A stretch of 64,000 bases of DNA, from contig NMRA01000481.1 in NCBI GenBank assembly GCA_002633005.1, positions 248,001 through 312,000 of the forward strand, written 5' to 3'. Shown here piece by piece: positions 1-12,863 of the stretch. Origin of the DNA: Phoronis australis (Eukaryota > Animalia > Phoronida). The position numbers and the translations under genes were made by a program. Numbering within the stretch: the first letter of the stretch is position 1; the number at the start of each line of letters is the position of its first letter. The notes under the pieces were generated by a model. That model was not told the DNA's origin and did not search any database. It was given only the letters and a program-made list of their open reading frames with translations.

Positions 1-802
1 GCTTGTTCGTTCACGACCTTTTTCATAATTTCGAAGTGAGGAAGACATATTTTCACGATTGTGGGGTCATCGTTCATCAAAGAGTTATGTTTCTAGAGCA
101 GTCTACATTAAAATATTAATCAATTATGGAGTGGAATTTTGTTGCCTTCTAAATAATAAAAAAGTGAAATTGATTACCTTGTCAAGTATTCATTTGTTAA
201 TCTCATGTCTCAAATTGCGGACAATATGATTTCAACCTGCAGAGCGGGTAATTTTGCCGTCTTTGTGGTGATTCTTGAATTTGGGATGGCCAGTAATTGC
301 TATTTCTAGAAATTGGGACAAGCTCTGACCTTGAGCGAAATAAATGATTTTTCGCTGCCCAAATGGAGAATTTTTATCGTAGTTACGTAAAAGATCCTTG
401 GAACAATTCTTGCTTGTTAAGTTTTTAAGCCTTAGTTGATTGTTTTCTGTGGAGTTATTTGAATGGACAACAGACTATTCACATGCAGATGTAACAATCT
501 AGAGTTCAAATTTTAATGCATTTTTTGACGTTCGCTCAGTTTCATGCGACGGATGGAAAGTTCACAGTGCAAGCGCTTATTGGGTGCAACAGTTTCCTGA
601 AGATTTCCCAATGACTCACTGTTCTTGAAACCGGAAAAAAAAACAAAATTTTATTTTCCTCATTTGGTTTGTTTTGTTTTCTGCAGACGAAGATCCGATG
701 TTTTACTTGAACGTCTTACCATCCTATATCTCCCTTACGCGCGTGACGATCTCAATCTAATCTAATCTGAGCTGTCACCCCTCATTATTTGTGTTTCCAC
801 AG

Positions 803-898
803 GAGTTCCTAGTGTGTGACCCCGTGGTGAAACACCTGAAGGAGTTCCATGGACTCTGTCACTTCAAATACTCCGTATTCAAAAGATGTTCAGCTAAG
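803..898 (+). CDS. Duplicate (probably allelic) copy of DUF4211-gene exon 3286-3381
   Basis: ccacag|GAGTTC...GCTAAG|gtaaga, 96 nt, EFLVCDPVVKHLKEFHGLCHFKYSVFKRCSAK. Differs from 3286-3381 by a synonymous AGA/AGG change. Lies inside the 1-1363 duplicate that ends at the n at 1364. Confidence 0.75.
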
Positions 899-1796
899 GT
901 AAGAATGACGAAGAATGTATTAAAGGTCTAATGTTTAAAGAACCAGAGAATGTAATTTTCTAGCCCACCTTGTGACGTATAATGGTTGTCATTCTCTGGC
1001 AATTAGTTGCTATCGGATATCAGAAGCTTTATTAATAATGCTCAGATTATTAGTGCTAACGAATTCACAAGAAAAGTGGCTAATAGTCGGCTATAGAGAC
1101 CCAGCATTTTAAGAACCACATCCTTTCTTTACTGAATAATTTTCATCAAACGGGTTGTCAAAATCTAGGACCCCGTTAAGTGACTATTGCCAAACAATGG
1201 GTTTCATGCAATGTTGATAAGTAAGGTGCAAAGCATTATACTAGACCTTAGAGGCAAAACAATTCTTCAAAGTGGTTGTGTGTGTCACCGTGAGAAAGCT
1301 TCAGAGATGTTGGTCTGTCTGAGTAAGTCATATTCTTTTGTTTTTCCATCCCAGTAACTGTGCNTGACGGAATTCTGTTCAGAACAATTTTAACTATGTT
1401 ATGCACTTTAATTTGAAAATGAAAAAACGACAGTTTAGGCAGTTTTTTGTTTGAGCTTGGAGAAACTATATTCTGTATTGTTTTCAACTGTGTGATAGGC
1501 AAGAACGTCTTCGCAGACTCCCAACTAGGTGGCAGCAGTGAAACAACAGTTGACCTGGGTGTTAAATGCATGCGCTCAGTCAGTCACACGAGACCTTTGA
1601 TACTCTTTCAACACCCCCTTTGTGGGTCATCAATGTTCTGGTGTCACTTCGTTGGGGGTAATAAAACAGGGCCTTCCTCTTCATTGATACTGCCAAGTAA
1701 ATGTTGAGAGTCTCCCATTCAGGAATCTGGTATCACAGCCTTTTGATAGGTACATAGAATTCTTGATTAGTGATTGATGTTCTCTAAACCCTTCAG

Positions 1797-2062
1797 AGGA
1801 GTTCTACATTGCCCCGTTGACCAAGATCGAGTCGGCTATTAAAGAGAAGAGGACGGAAATCTCGCGGCTCATCGACTGGTCACCCGTTTTCAGCAAAGCC
1901 GTTGAGACGCGACCTCACCTGGACATCAGCGATCTGAGTCACGCGAGCGAGCGTTGTCAAGTTACGGATGCAAGTCCACCTGTTGCCACGAAGTGTGTTC
2001 AGTTGCACGGTGACACGTACAAGCAGGACAGTCTGGATGTACTGGCTAATGCGGAAACTCAG
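1797..2062 (+). CDS. DUF4211 gene internal exon
   Basis: cttcag| at 1796, CAG|gtacag at 2062/2063; overlaps ORF 1817..2128. Confidence 0.85.
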
Positions 2063-5000
2063 GTACAGTACACACTGAAAATAATTGGAGGAAGTAATCT
2101 ATCTGGAATTGCTCGACATGAGGACTGAATGAAGACATAATTCAACAACTGAGTAGCTGTAATTTTGACTAGTTGTGATGCATTTTTTACAAGAACCTCC
2201 GTAAAGATGACAAAATTACCTGTTTTGTAGATTGAAAACTCATTGTTTGAAATTTGAGAAATATGGTGAACGCCAAAATCGTTTTTCTCACAAATTGGAG
2301 AATAAAGAAAATTCAGAATAAAGAAAATCCAACTTTTGCAGTAGTTTTCGTAGGCCCAGATTCTACAAACTGTCCAAATTGGAGATTTTTTACGATAATA
2401 AAGGACTTCGTTTCAGAGGGTACTTTTCATTTGCGTACCAGTGTAAGTTGACGTAAGTAAAAACGTCTATAAGAATGGTTGCCTAGCAAGCTTGTTCGTT
2501 TACGACCTTTTTCTTAATTTTGAAGTGAGGAAGACATATTGTCACGATTGTGGGGTCATCGTTCATCAAAGAATTATGTTTCTAGAGCAGTCTACATTAA
2601 AATATGAATCAATTATGGAGTGGAATTTTGTTGCCTTCTAAATAATAAAGAAGTGAAATTGATTACCTTGTCAAGTGTTCATTTGTTAATCTCATGTATC
2701 AAATTTCGGACAATGTGATTTCAACCTGCAGAGCGAGTAATTTTGCCGTCTTTGTGGTGATTCTTGAATTTGGGATGGCCAATAATTGCTATTTCTAGAA
2801 ATTGGGACAAGCTCTGACCTTGAGCAAAATAATTGATTTTTCGCTGCCAAAATGGAGAATTTTTATCGTAGTCACGTAAAAGATCCTTGAAACAATTCTT
2901 GCTTGTTAAGTTTTTAAGCCTTAGTTGATTGTTTTATGTGGAGTTATTTGAATGGACAACAGACTATTCACATGCAGATGTAACAATCTAGAGTTCAAAT
3001 TTTAATGCCTTTTTTGACATTCGCTCAGTTTTATGCGATGGATGGAAAGTAATAAGCGCTTATTGGGTGCAACAATTTCCTGAAGTTTTCCCAATGAACC
3101 ACTGTTCTTGAAACCAGAAAAAAACTAAATTTTATTTTCCTCATTTGGTTTGTTTTTGTTTTCTGCAGACGAATATCCCGATGTTTTACTTGAACGTCTT
3201 ACCATCCTATATCTCCCTTACGCGCGTGACGATCTCAATCTAATCTAATCTGAGCTGTGACCCCTCATTATTTGTGTTTCCACAGGAGTTCCTAGTGTGT
3301 GACCCCGTGGTGAAACACCTGAAGGAGTTCCATGGACTCTGTCACTTCAAATACTCCGTATTCAAAAGGTGTTCAGCTAAGGTAAGAATGACAAAGAATG
3401 TATTAATGGTCTAATGTTTAAAGAAGCAGTGAATGTAATTTTCTAGCCCACCTTGTGACGTATAATGGTTGTCATTCTCTGGCAATTAGTTGCTATGGGA
3501 TATCAGAAGCTTTATTAATAATGCTCAGATTATTAGTGCTAACGAATTCACAAGAAAAGTGGCTAATAGTCGGTTATAGAGACCCAGCATTTTAAGAACC
3601 ACATCCTTTCTTTACTGAATAATTTTCATCAAACGGGTTGTCAAAATCTGGGACCCCGTTAAGTGACTATTGCCAAACAATGGGTTTCATGCAATGTCGA
3701 TAAGTAAGGTGCAAAGCATTATACTAGACCTTAGAGGCAAAACAATTCTTCAAAGTGGTTGTGTGTGTCACCGTGAGAAAGCTTCAGAGATGTTGTTCTG
3801 TCCGAGTAAGCCATATTCTTTTGTTTTTCCATCTCAGTAACTGTACCTGGTGCACGAGAGGCACACTCAATTCTAGTACCATCCCTGTTAGATAGCAATT
3901 TCCCATTTGACTTGACCAATGGTGCAAGGAATGTGTCATAAAACTAATAACAGTCTTTCAGTTGATCAGACTCACACAGTTTCTGTTGTGTGACTTGCAC
4001 AAAGCATCATGACTTTCAGTTTGATGATTTGCTATTTTTTATTAATTTCATTTTTATGAGAATCGACTGTGAAGGTTCAAAATACCATTCAGAGTTTAGT
4101 AAATCTACTATTTGTTTTTGTTCCAGGTTGAAGTTTTGAGGGACGATAACGAAGAAATCGCCAATATAGAAATTTTAGACACGTGTTTACAGAATAAGAG
4201 CTGGATACAGCAGGTCAGTTTCTACACCTCTCTTCAATCTTAAAGCGGCCATGTCCAAGAAGCAAACTTTTGATACAGACCAGTTACCGCCATAAAATTG
4301 GACTCGAGTTGTTCCTTGTTTTAACGAGAAAATAATTTTCAGGCTAGAAACAAACTGGCCGTGTGATCATGCTCGGCACGTAAAATGACGCATCGTGATG
4401 AGCCAACTTGAGATTCTAGTCTCTTGTGAACTTGACAGTTCCTTTGAAGCCCTCTAATTTGACCCAGGCACAAGTTGACCCTGGCACAATTTAACTTAGG
4501 CACAATTTGAGACCAATTACATTCGGGTAAGGGGTTGAAATGAAAAGTTGGTTTTTGTGATGGAAGGCGGGTTTATTGCGCACTACATGTTCTGCTGGCA
4601 AGAACAGTTTTCTTCACATACGGTACAAAACACAAATAAGCGGACACATTACCGTTTCCCCATCAAGTCGGCAAATTCTTGTGACTGCAAAAATGACTGG
4701 TTTTCACTTATCAGGGGGGGATTCTAATGACAGAATGGCTTTATAGCCACCTTCGTATGTTTCCTATTAATTTCCTTTCATTCTTGGTCTTGAGAAAGAC
4801 TACTCTGGCAATGAACTCAGCTTCCACTTGGCTGTCACAACGGGGAATTCCAGGTTATTTTGTCTGAGTAGTTTTGGCTTGTACTGTATTTGCTCTTCCT
4901 TTTCGACTGCTCATCCGTTGCCATAGTGTCCACTGTGTTTACATGTTTGATTTTGTTTGTTCAGTAATAAATGCCTGACACATACTTTTTGAAGGATTGA

Positions 5001-5356
5001 AAGATATTAACTCTTAAGTTCTCTACAACAGAAAGATTCAAATGATGTTGAGGTAATTCTCCACTTTGGTAAAAAATAATTTCTAATATGTTTGTTTTGT
5101 GACCTCTGCACAGTAAAACCATGCTGGTATTAGACTAGCATTTTCCTAGTCTTTATTCTCAGGAGATTTGATTAAGTAGAATTTCCCCATTTCTGGAGTG
5201 TGGGACAAGATCCGACCTTGAGCAAAATAATTAATTTTCACTGTCCCAAATTGTATCTTCAGCCTTTTGAAGTGTTTGATGCTGATGGTGTCATTGGTTT
5301 TGTTGCAGATATTCAGCGATCTGGCATCTTTACTAAAGTATGACAGCAAAACGTAG
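1797..5356 (+). CDS. QSER1: 3' part of a QSER1/PRR12-like DUF4211-domain gene (last 4 coding exons, about 164 aa; 5' part outside the window)
   Basis: join(1797..2062,3286..3381,4127..4213,5309..5356), all AG/GT-bounded and in phase. Translation: EFYIAPLTKIESAIKEKRTEISRLIDWSPVFSKAVETRPHL...CVQLHGDTYKQDSL...QEFLVCDPVVKHLKEFHGLCHFKYSVFKRCSAKVEVLRDDNEEIANIEILDTCLQNKSWIQQIFSDLASLLKYDSKT*. This resembles the recalled PRR12/QSER1 C-terminus (ELYLPPMRKID...QEF...YHSLHHYKY...CMRNQPWLEQLF). Probably co-orthologous to QSER1 and PRR12; CCDC82 is a more distant DUF4211 relative. Confidence 0.75.
3286..3381 (+). CDS. DUF4211 gene internal exon
   Basis: ccacag|...AAG|gtaaga, 32 codons, phase 0-0, contains the FHGLCHFKY motif. 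Confidence 0.85.
4127..4213 (+). CDS. DUF4211 gene penultimate exon
   Basis: ttccag|GTT...CAG|gtcagt, 29 codons VEVLRDDNEEIANIEILDTCLQNKSWIQQ. Confidence 0.85.
5309..5356 (+). CDS. DUF4211 gene terminal coding exon
   Basis: ttgcag|ATATTC... encodes IFSDLASLLKYDSKT*, TAG at 5354-5356; matches the family's terminal 'LF..F.DLL' helix. Confidence 0.75.
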   Translation: MFSDLASLLKYDSKT

Positions 5357-8300
5357 CAGACGACAGCATCTTTACCGCCGCTTTCTGCGTCTTATTTCTA
5401 CTCTGCGTTTTGTTTTTCTTTTAAGTCATACTAGGGCCGGGGGGCCAATTTTTGTCCTCTAGATCGAACTCAGAATAAAAAATATGAAAATAATTTCATG
5501 CAAACTCAAGACGAGTCTATTGTTTTATACTCAAGTGTATAATGACTTTAGATGTTAACTGTCTAGTCCTAGTTTGCTCTTAATGACCCGTCGTTAAGAC
5601 TAAAATTCCGTCAGTTTCCAGATTTTCATATTAAGTTTTTAGCTCAAATTTAGGATCATCAAATGAAAGCTTTGATCAGAAATATATTAATGTATGAACT
5701 GTAATGTACTCGAGAATCAGATCTTGAGTTCGCACTAAAGTGGAAATGAAAATGCTGAAATAATTTGAGTTAGACTTTGAGTTGAAAGGTTAGATCTTGG
5801 TATCTAGTCATTGCAATATATTAAGAACGAGTTTCACTGTCATTAGCAATTTCTATACATAGTATGTTCTAAGGACATGCAAAAGGTTCTTGTTCAAACT
5901 CAGGAATAGAGGGCGTAACTCCCAGTTTTGGGCGACCCTGTAACAGTAAAGCCTCCTACTGCTCTCCACAAAACTATTATGCCATTCCCTTTTTAGGTGG
6001 CGCCTACCACGATCACTACTTTCGTTTTTGGTTTCCTATTTTTCCTTCTTTCCATCTTGTGTTTTGACAGTATGGACATCGTTTATGAAAAATAGCGTTG
6101 TGGAAAAAACTTGGAACCTTAAATCTTCAGTATTTCTCAAAACTATTTTTAGTATCCTGGGGCTGCACTGACTAGCATCAATCCCAGTCTCAAATCTCCT
6201 CTTCCACATAGACAGACGAATGACGAAATGACTCCAAAGTGTTTGAGTGTTCATAGAGAGTAAGTAGGACGAGTCTTTATGCCGAGCGTGTGCAATTTAA
6301 CTTTATACAAATGCAATAGTCAAAGTCAATGGTTTTGTCGCATGATGCGCTGTTTCAAGAGCAAACCAAATGGAGTCTTGATATTCAGTGGCTGGTACTA
6401 ATGAACAAGGGGCTTCTTTTTAGTAACTGAGTTGAGAATGTGAATCCGTGCATTTGCGTGTGGCATTTGTTAGAGGAAGGTTTCGTGTAACTTTCCGAGA
6501 TTGTGCATTTATGCAAGCTACCTATCGTTTCACTAGTGCCACGCAACAATATCTGTTCTCCCCACTGTGAACGAGTTGTCGGTCGGAGGTGGATGTAATC
6601 GCAAATGTCGTTTTTGTGCTTCGACTTTGTACCACTGACATTGCCGCCAGCACTGACCTGCGGCGCAGTTTTGAATTGGCGAGACCGATTTCCTAACATG
6701 GTCAGTAGCAGTTGTTGTCAGGTGCTAAATATTTCATGTGTTGTTACGTTATGTTCGCTAGTTGTACAAACTGTGCATAGTAAATATTTTTGCATTAATT
6801 AAAGGTTTTCATATAAGAGTAAGGGGGTTTATAGCCGTGTGGTTGCCAGTATGGTATAGGCAATGGCTGTGTCTTTGAGATATAAGTTACTTTTGTAAAA
6901 ATTTTAATGGCTCGTTGTCCGATGGTTGTGTAATATTAAGTCTTGATTGGTCGGTTGTTGTGTGTCATGGTTGCCCTGTATCCGTACTATCGCTTATTTT
7001 CTGCTGACGTTTCTTTGAATGTCAGTGAGCGTACTATGAAGCTAGGACTCCTGTCAGTCGCAACCACAAAATGGTTGTTATGGTAACCATCCAGTTCAGG
7101 ACACAATGTAGTAGACACGTGGAATTTTATTTTGTCAACTTTTTCAACAAATATTTCGTGATTGAATTTTTTTATTATAAACGGCATTTGCACAGTGAAG
7201 TTGTTACCAAGCAACATATGTTGTTAACTTGTTGTGTAGATTTGGAAATACTAAAATGACAATCTTAGCCATTTTGTAAATTGGAAGTTCACGTGTACTA
7301 TTGAGCCGCTTTGCAGCCAATCCTCTGGGGAACTTTCTAGAACATTCGTTGTAACCGAAGTTTGCTGTAACCAAATCAAATTTTATACAGTTCACTTGGC
7401 TTTGAATGTCATGTTTTAAATCATGTCAGTTGTAATGGAGTTTGGCGGCAGTACCGAGCTTCTAGCAATGCCAAAGCTGATTAACCATTCTCGAGCAATG
7501 ATAACCCAACTGTGGCGCAAACGTAACTCAAGTCATGTTGAACATTGCTCGCCAGGTCAGAAATGACCAACTACTAAGTAGGGTATGTAAATCTTGAACT
7601 GGCTTGGAAATATAGATCATTTGGTCGTGTGATGTGGCCAACAGGTGGCGTGATACACAGTAGGATGCAAAACCGGTGAGGTTTATTCTGGCCACTGTAT
7701 AAGGATAAGAAAGAAGTGTTTAACTTGCTTCATTTCATGACATGATTTTTGCTAGGTGTCAATTTAATGTGTGAAATGGAATGTCCCAAATTTATATCAA
7801 AACACTGCCCAACATGCCTTCAAACCAAAAATAAATTGACCTGTCATTTCTTTTGCATAGATTGACTGTGTAAATTGTAATCTACTAAGAATTTTTACAA
7901 AATGGCGAGATTTGTATAATCTGTCAAGTGGTTCTAGTTGTATAGACGTTAATTTCTTCGTCATATTTGTTCTGTCCAATTTTATTTATGTATTGTTAAA
8001 GAGATTATTTAATTAGCTGGCAATGGGAAAATTGTTGAATTTAGAGAATAAAAGTTTTATTAATTTCAGTATAATAAATTGATGTATGAAAGCAGCCAGC
8101 AATTCATTTGTACATATGTTTAATTTCATTGGTAACCTAGGTTATTAACCAATCTCTAAATTTTAATCTTTAGTTAGCTTGGGTCACTAATTTTAAGACA
8201 GAATGGTATTGTTTTGGTTACTGACTAGCTTATTTTTAGAGTATTTTGTTTTTGATAAAGTTTATGTTTTACGAATGGGAAGGCTTGTAGATTATAGTTG

Positions 8301-9592
8301 TGTGTTCTTGTTTTTAAATGGTCGTTCCTAAGTCGAACCTTGTTAGCTTTAACTGTTGCGAATGCATGTATAAATGTAATTATATTGAAGCCTAGCTTTT
8401 GCCATAATGTTGCATTAGAAAACTATGGCTATGGTCAATAAAGAATATCACATATTAAACTCTTATGACAGCTCGGCACACTTTAAACGGAATATTTTCG
8501 GTACATTCTGTGGATTTTCTGAATGAATCGAACACAATGGATGATTGTGAAGGTTACACACTACAGGTGGCTGCCATGATGGTCGCGGGCACACCACTGC
8601 CAATTGTCTAAGTCAGTCCACTTAATGTGTTCGCGAAGATTCACTAGTCCCTGCCTCATTTCTTCTTGAATGTCTTCCGTGTAACTGCCCAGTGTATCGT
8701 CAGTTGAATGCAAGTAAACCTTGCAGAAAAAAAGCCAAAGAAATCGGAATTGTACGACTGATGTGCAGGAAGGTTGGTTTCACAGACCTGAACTAGAACA
8801 ATTATACCACAAAACTTCGTCAAAGTTGAGAGAAAATCTGATTTGAGGCATTTTCACCTTATGCGAGGTATTAAGCATAAAAGCCTATTTTGACTTATGT
8901 GTATTTTCAAGCAGGCAAAATCTCACCATCTGAAGACAGAATATGACCCATTAACCAAATTTTATTTAATCATTTTCCATCTAACATATGCAGCTCTGAA
9001 TTGAACGCTTTTCCATGCTCGAGGTTTGTACCATGGCTACCAGCAAACAAAGTTTTGAAAAATTGTTGGCCTTCGCAAAGATGTTGGAAGCGCCTGAAAA
9101 AATGGAAATTTTTCATGAAATTGATGAGATTTTACCGTTAAGGCATCAAATATGCTGTATTCTGAAAAATGCAATACATCAACAATTTCACCACAGAAAC
9201 CAGCTTTTATTGTGCTCAATTAGTGGATAAAACCAAGCCTAGCACTTTTTGACTCAACCAATACACTGATACAGGGTGTGGGTAAACTTTAACAAATGAT
9301 AAGCATCTAAACAAACCTATTCAATACATTAACAAAGTCAACAGAATGCTTCAGTGTGGCAAGCATTTTCAATCTCACAAAAACAACAAACGTTTGAATA
9401 AAAACAAGGAGTATCTGACCACAGTCTTGACCAAACTCATACTGTTAACGGCAACATCACTGCTTTGAGTGAAATCGATGGCAGAGTAATATTTTTTAAG
9501 GATACAATAAAATCCCACCTATTTTGGACAAAATAATTGCCTAAGTTTTTCTTTTTTCAATTTTCAAGGGTGTGTAGCATTGTCGTGAACAC

Positions 9593-11531
9593 TGACTATT
9601 GCCCTGTTGATAACTATGGTACAGAATTTAAACATGGAAAACAACCAATTTGGCACTTCATATTTTGTATGAAAATATGGAAAATAAAATTCCACGTGTC
9701 AGCCACATAGTGTCCAAAACTGGTGAGATTTCACAGCACCAATTGACCTTTCGCCAGGATTACGAGTGACGGCTTAACTGACAAATCAGAACGCAGCATT
9801 CTTGACACACCTTCATTTCCAAGCCGCCATTTTACCCAACAAACAAGAAGTTGCTGGGTAAAACTTAGTGTTTGTTTGTCGACATTACGCAGCGGGGCGG
9901 AGCTTGCGATTGGTCAATTTTTCAGTATGTTGGGAATCCAGGGTGCATGAATCTGTCTACCATACTTGAAGTTGAGTAGTATAGTCAGAAACCATTTCCA
10001 CTCATGTCTAATTAATGCAGTCTTCTCATTGGCCACTTGACTACCGACGACGCAGACCGTGACCTTTGAACCCTGACCTCGGAGACACTAACAATGACCA
10101 AGCTTTCACTGGTATCAAAGCGAGAGTCGAGGTCAAGAACTGATGGAAGTGGATTTACACTGATGAAATTATGCATTATTAGAAATTCACTTCATTATCA
10201 GGACTATTCACACAAAATTCAACAACACTTATTTCAATGCTGTATACAGATTGCCAAAATACACAAGAGCAACGCGGAGCGTTGAAATGTGCCCATGAAT
10301 GCACCGCTAACGTTGTGCTTCTAGGGGTGTTTATTTGGAACATAAAAATTAGCAACCAGATGGCACAAAATATGTCGAATCCATCTGAGAACTTGTATGC
10401 GTCATCAAAGCTATTTACCAAATTTCATAAAAATCTGTCAAGGAACTTCTGAGAAAACACAGGAAAATGAATAAATGAAAATGCCACTAACAGGCTATAA
10501 GCGCAAAAACATAACTGCCACAAAGAGGCACCAAAGTAGATAAAGTTGTCGGAAAATCTCTTCCNTGACTATTGCCCTGTTGATAACTATGGTACAGAAT
10601 TTAAACATGGAAAACTACCAATTTGTCACTTCATATTTTGTATGAAAATATGGAAAATAAAATTCCACGTGTCAGCCACATAGTGTCCAAAACTGGTGAG
10701 ATTTCACAGCACCAATTGACCTTTCGCCAGGATTACGAGTGACGGCTTAACTGACAAATCAGAATGCAGCATTCTTGACACACCTTCATTTCCAAGCCGC
10801 CATTTTACCCAACAAACAAGAAGTTGCTGGGTAAAACTTACTGTTTGTTTGTCGACATTACGCAGCGGGGCGGAGCTTGCGATTGGTCAATTTTTCAGTA
10901 TGTTGGGAATCCAGGGCGCATGAATTTGTCTACCATACTTGAAGTTGAGTAGTATTGTCAGAAACCATTTCCACTCATGTCTAATTAATGCAGTCTTCTC
11001 ATTGGCCACTTGACTACCGACGACGCAGACTGTGACCTTTGAACCCTGACCTCGGAGACAATGACCAAGCTTTCACTGGTATCAAAGCGAGAATCGAGGT
11101 CAAGAACTGATGGAAGTGGATTTACACTGATGAAATTATGCATTATCAGAAATTCACTTCATTATCAGGACTATTCACACAAAATTCAACAACACTTATT
11201 TCAATGCTGTATACAGATTGCCAAAATACACAAGAGCAACGCGGAGCGTTGAAATGTGCCCATGAATGCACCGCTAACGTTGTGCTTCTAGGGGTGTTTA
11301 TTTGGAACATAAAAATTAGCAACCAGATGGCACAAAATATGTCGAATCCATCTGAGAACTTGTATGCGTCATCAAAGCTATTTACCAAATTTCATAAAAA
11401 TCTGTCAAGGAACTTCTGAGAAAACACAGGAAAATGAATAAATGAAAATGCCACTAACAGGCTATAAGCGCAAAAACATAACTGCCACAAAGAGGCACCA
11501 AAGTAGATAAAGTTGTCGGAAAATCTCTTCC
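9593..11531. repeat. Tandem near-identical duplicate 9593-10564 / 10566-11531 around the n at 10565; probable artefact
   Basis: 972 vs 966 bp (6-bp indel ctaaca); identical small ORFs appear twice in the ORF track. Confidence 0.9.
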
Positions 11532-12863
11532 CATTAGGAACATAAATGTCAATTTCCACAACCATCCTTAGAGTGGTTTGGTTGACAAAAAGGCAGATGT
11601 CAAATAACGAAACTCAAAAACAGTAAAAATGGCCACAAGGTGGCGCAAAATACCTCGAATTTTACTGAAAACCGGATGATAGCATCACCTCACTAACAGA
11701 TGTCTAACTGCCAAATTTCATGAAAATCCGTTGACGATCCTTTAAGATACAGAGGTAAACGTAAAAAACTAAAATTGCCACAAGGGGGCACACTGGTAGC
11801 CAGATCCGTCCGAAAGTCGTCATCCTCTGTATTCAACTTCATATAAATACACCAGCGAAATTCAATAAAGATCCTGTAGAGCATTTAGGAGATACAGCCA
11901 TGGGCGCAAAAACAAACAAACAAAACTGCCACTAGCAGACGCCATAGTATTCCAAGTCATCGGAAAATCATCGTCCGCCGCCCTCTTCTCAGTAAGAACA
12001 TTTATGCCAACTTTCAAAATCATACCTAGAACGGTTTGGTTGATAGAACGGCGAAAACATTAAAAATGGCCACTAGGTGGCGCAAAGTACCCCAAATCTG
12101 TCCGAAAATGGGAGGATAGCATCACCTCACTAATAGATGTCTAATTGCCAAATTTTACGAAAATCCGTTGAGGACCTCCAAAATAACAGAGGTAAGCATA
12201 AAAAACTTAAAATTGCCACTAGGGGGCACACCAGTAGTCGGAGAGGTCCGAAATTTGTTGTCATCCGTTGTCACCTTCATGGAAACACATCTGTCAAATC
12301 TCATTAAGATCCTGTGAAAGGTTTAAGAGATACAGCCATGGGCGCAAAAACAAATAAAAATGCCAATAGGAGGCGCCACAGTTGTCAAAATCGTCGGAAA
12401 ATCATCATCAGTGGCCCTCTTCACAGTAAGAACATATACCGATATGCTAATTTTCAAAATCATTCCTAGAGCGGTTTGGTTGATAATGAATGGCGGACGC
12501 TAAAAAACAGACTCGAAAACAGTAAAAATGGCCACTAGGTGGCACAAAGTACCTTGAATGCATCCGAAAACGGGAGGATGGCATCATCTCACTAATAGAT
12601 GCCTAACTTCCAAATTTATGAAAATCAGTTGAAGACATCCGAAGATACAGAGGTAAGCGTAAAAAATAAAATTCCCACTAGGGGGCACACTGGTATTCGG
12701 AGAGGTCTGAAATTCGTCGTCGTCCGTTATCAGCTTCATAGGAACACATCTGCCAAATCTCATCAAGACCCTGTAAGGGGCTTAGGAGATACAGCTGCAG
12801 ACGCCGGACAGACAGAGATGACGGCAATATGCGACCACATATAAATATGTGGGCGCATAAAAA
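11450..12863 (+). mobile_element. Helentron/HINE-like non-autonomous element with internal ~146-bp tandem repeats in a trimeric higher-order array
   Basis: Repeated CCAAATTTCATGAAAATCC-type motif, GACAGACAGA tract, 3' hairpin TATGCGACCACATA-taaa-TATGTGGGCGCATA (12828-12859) followed by AAAATT. 5' boundary uncertain (possibly the aaacaag near 10815). Confidence 0.6.

Larger units (their letters stand above)
1..3846. repeat. Near-identical duplicate 1-1363 / ~2490-3846, broken at a single n (1364); probable haplotype-overlap artefact
   Basis: Copies align end to end with scattered SNPs and indels; copy 1 ends exactly at the n. Confidence 0.85.

Noticed and set aside
687-802. Strong upstream acceptor (ttctgcag) that would extend the DUF4211 exon
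   Set aside because: The phase-0 reading hits TGA within 8 codons, and the two copies differ by indels here.
4965-5052. AG/GT-bounded 88-nt segment starting TAATAA (possible poison exon)
   Set aside because: Only the splice-like ends support it; such pairs arise by chance and there is no transcript evidence.
10094-11419. Duplicated small ORFs (63, 71/93 and 80 aa)
   Set aside because: They come from the duplicate around the n at 10565 and have no recognisable protein features.
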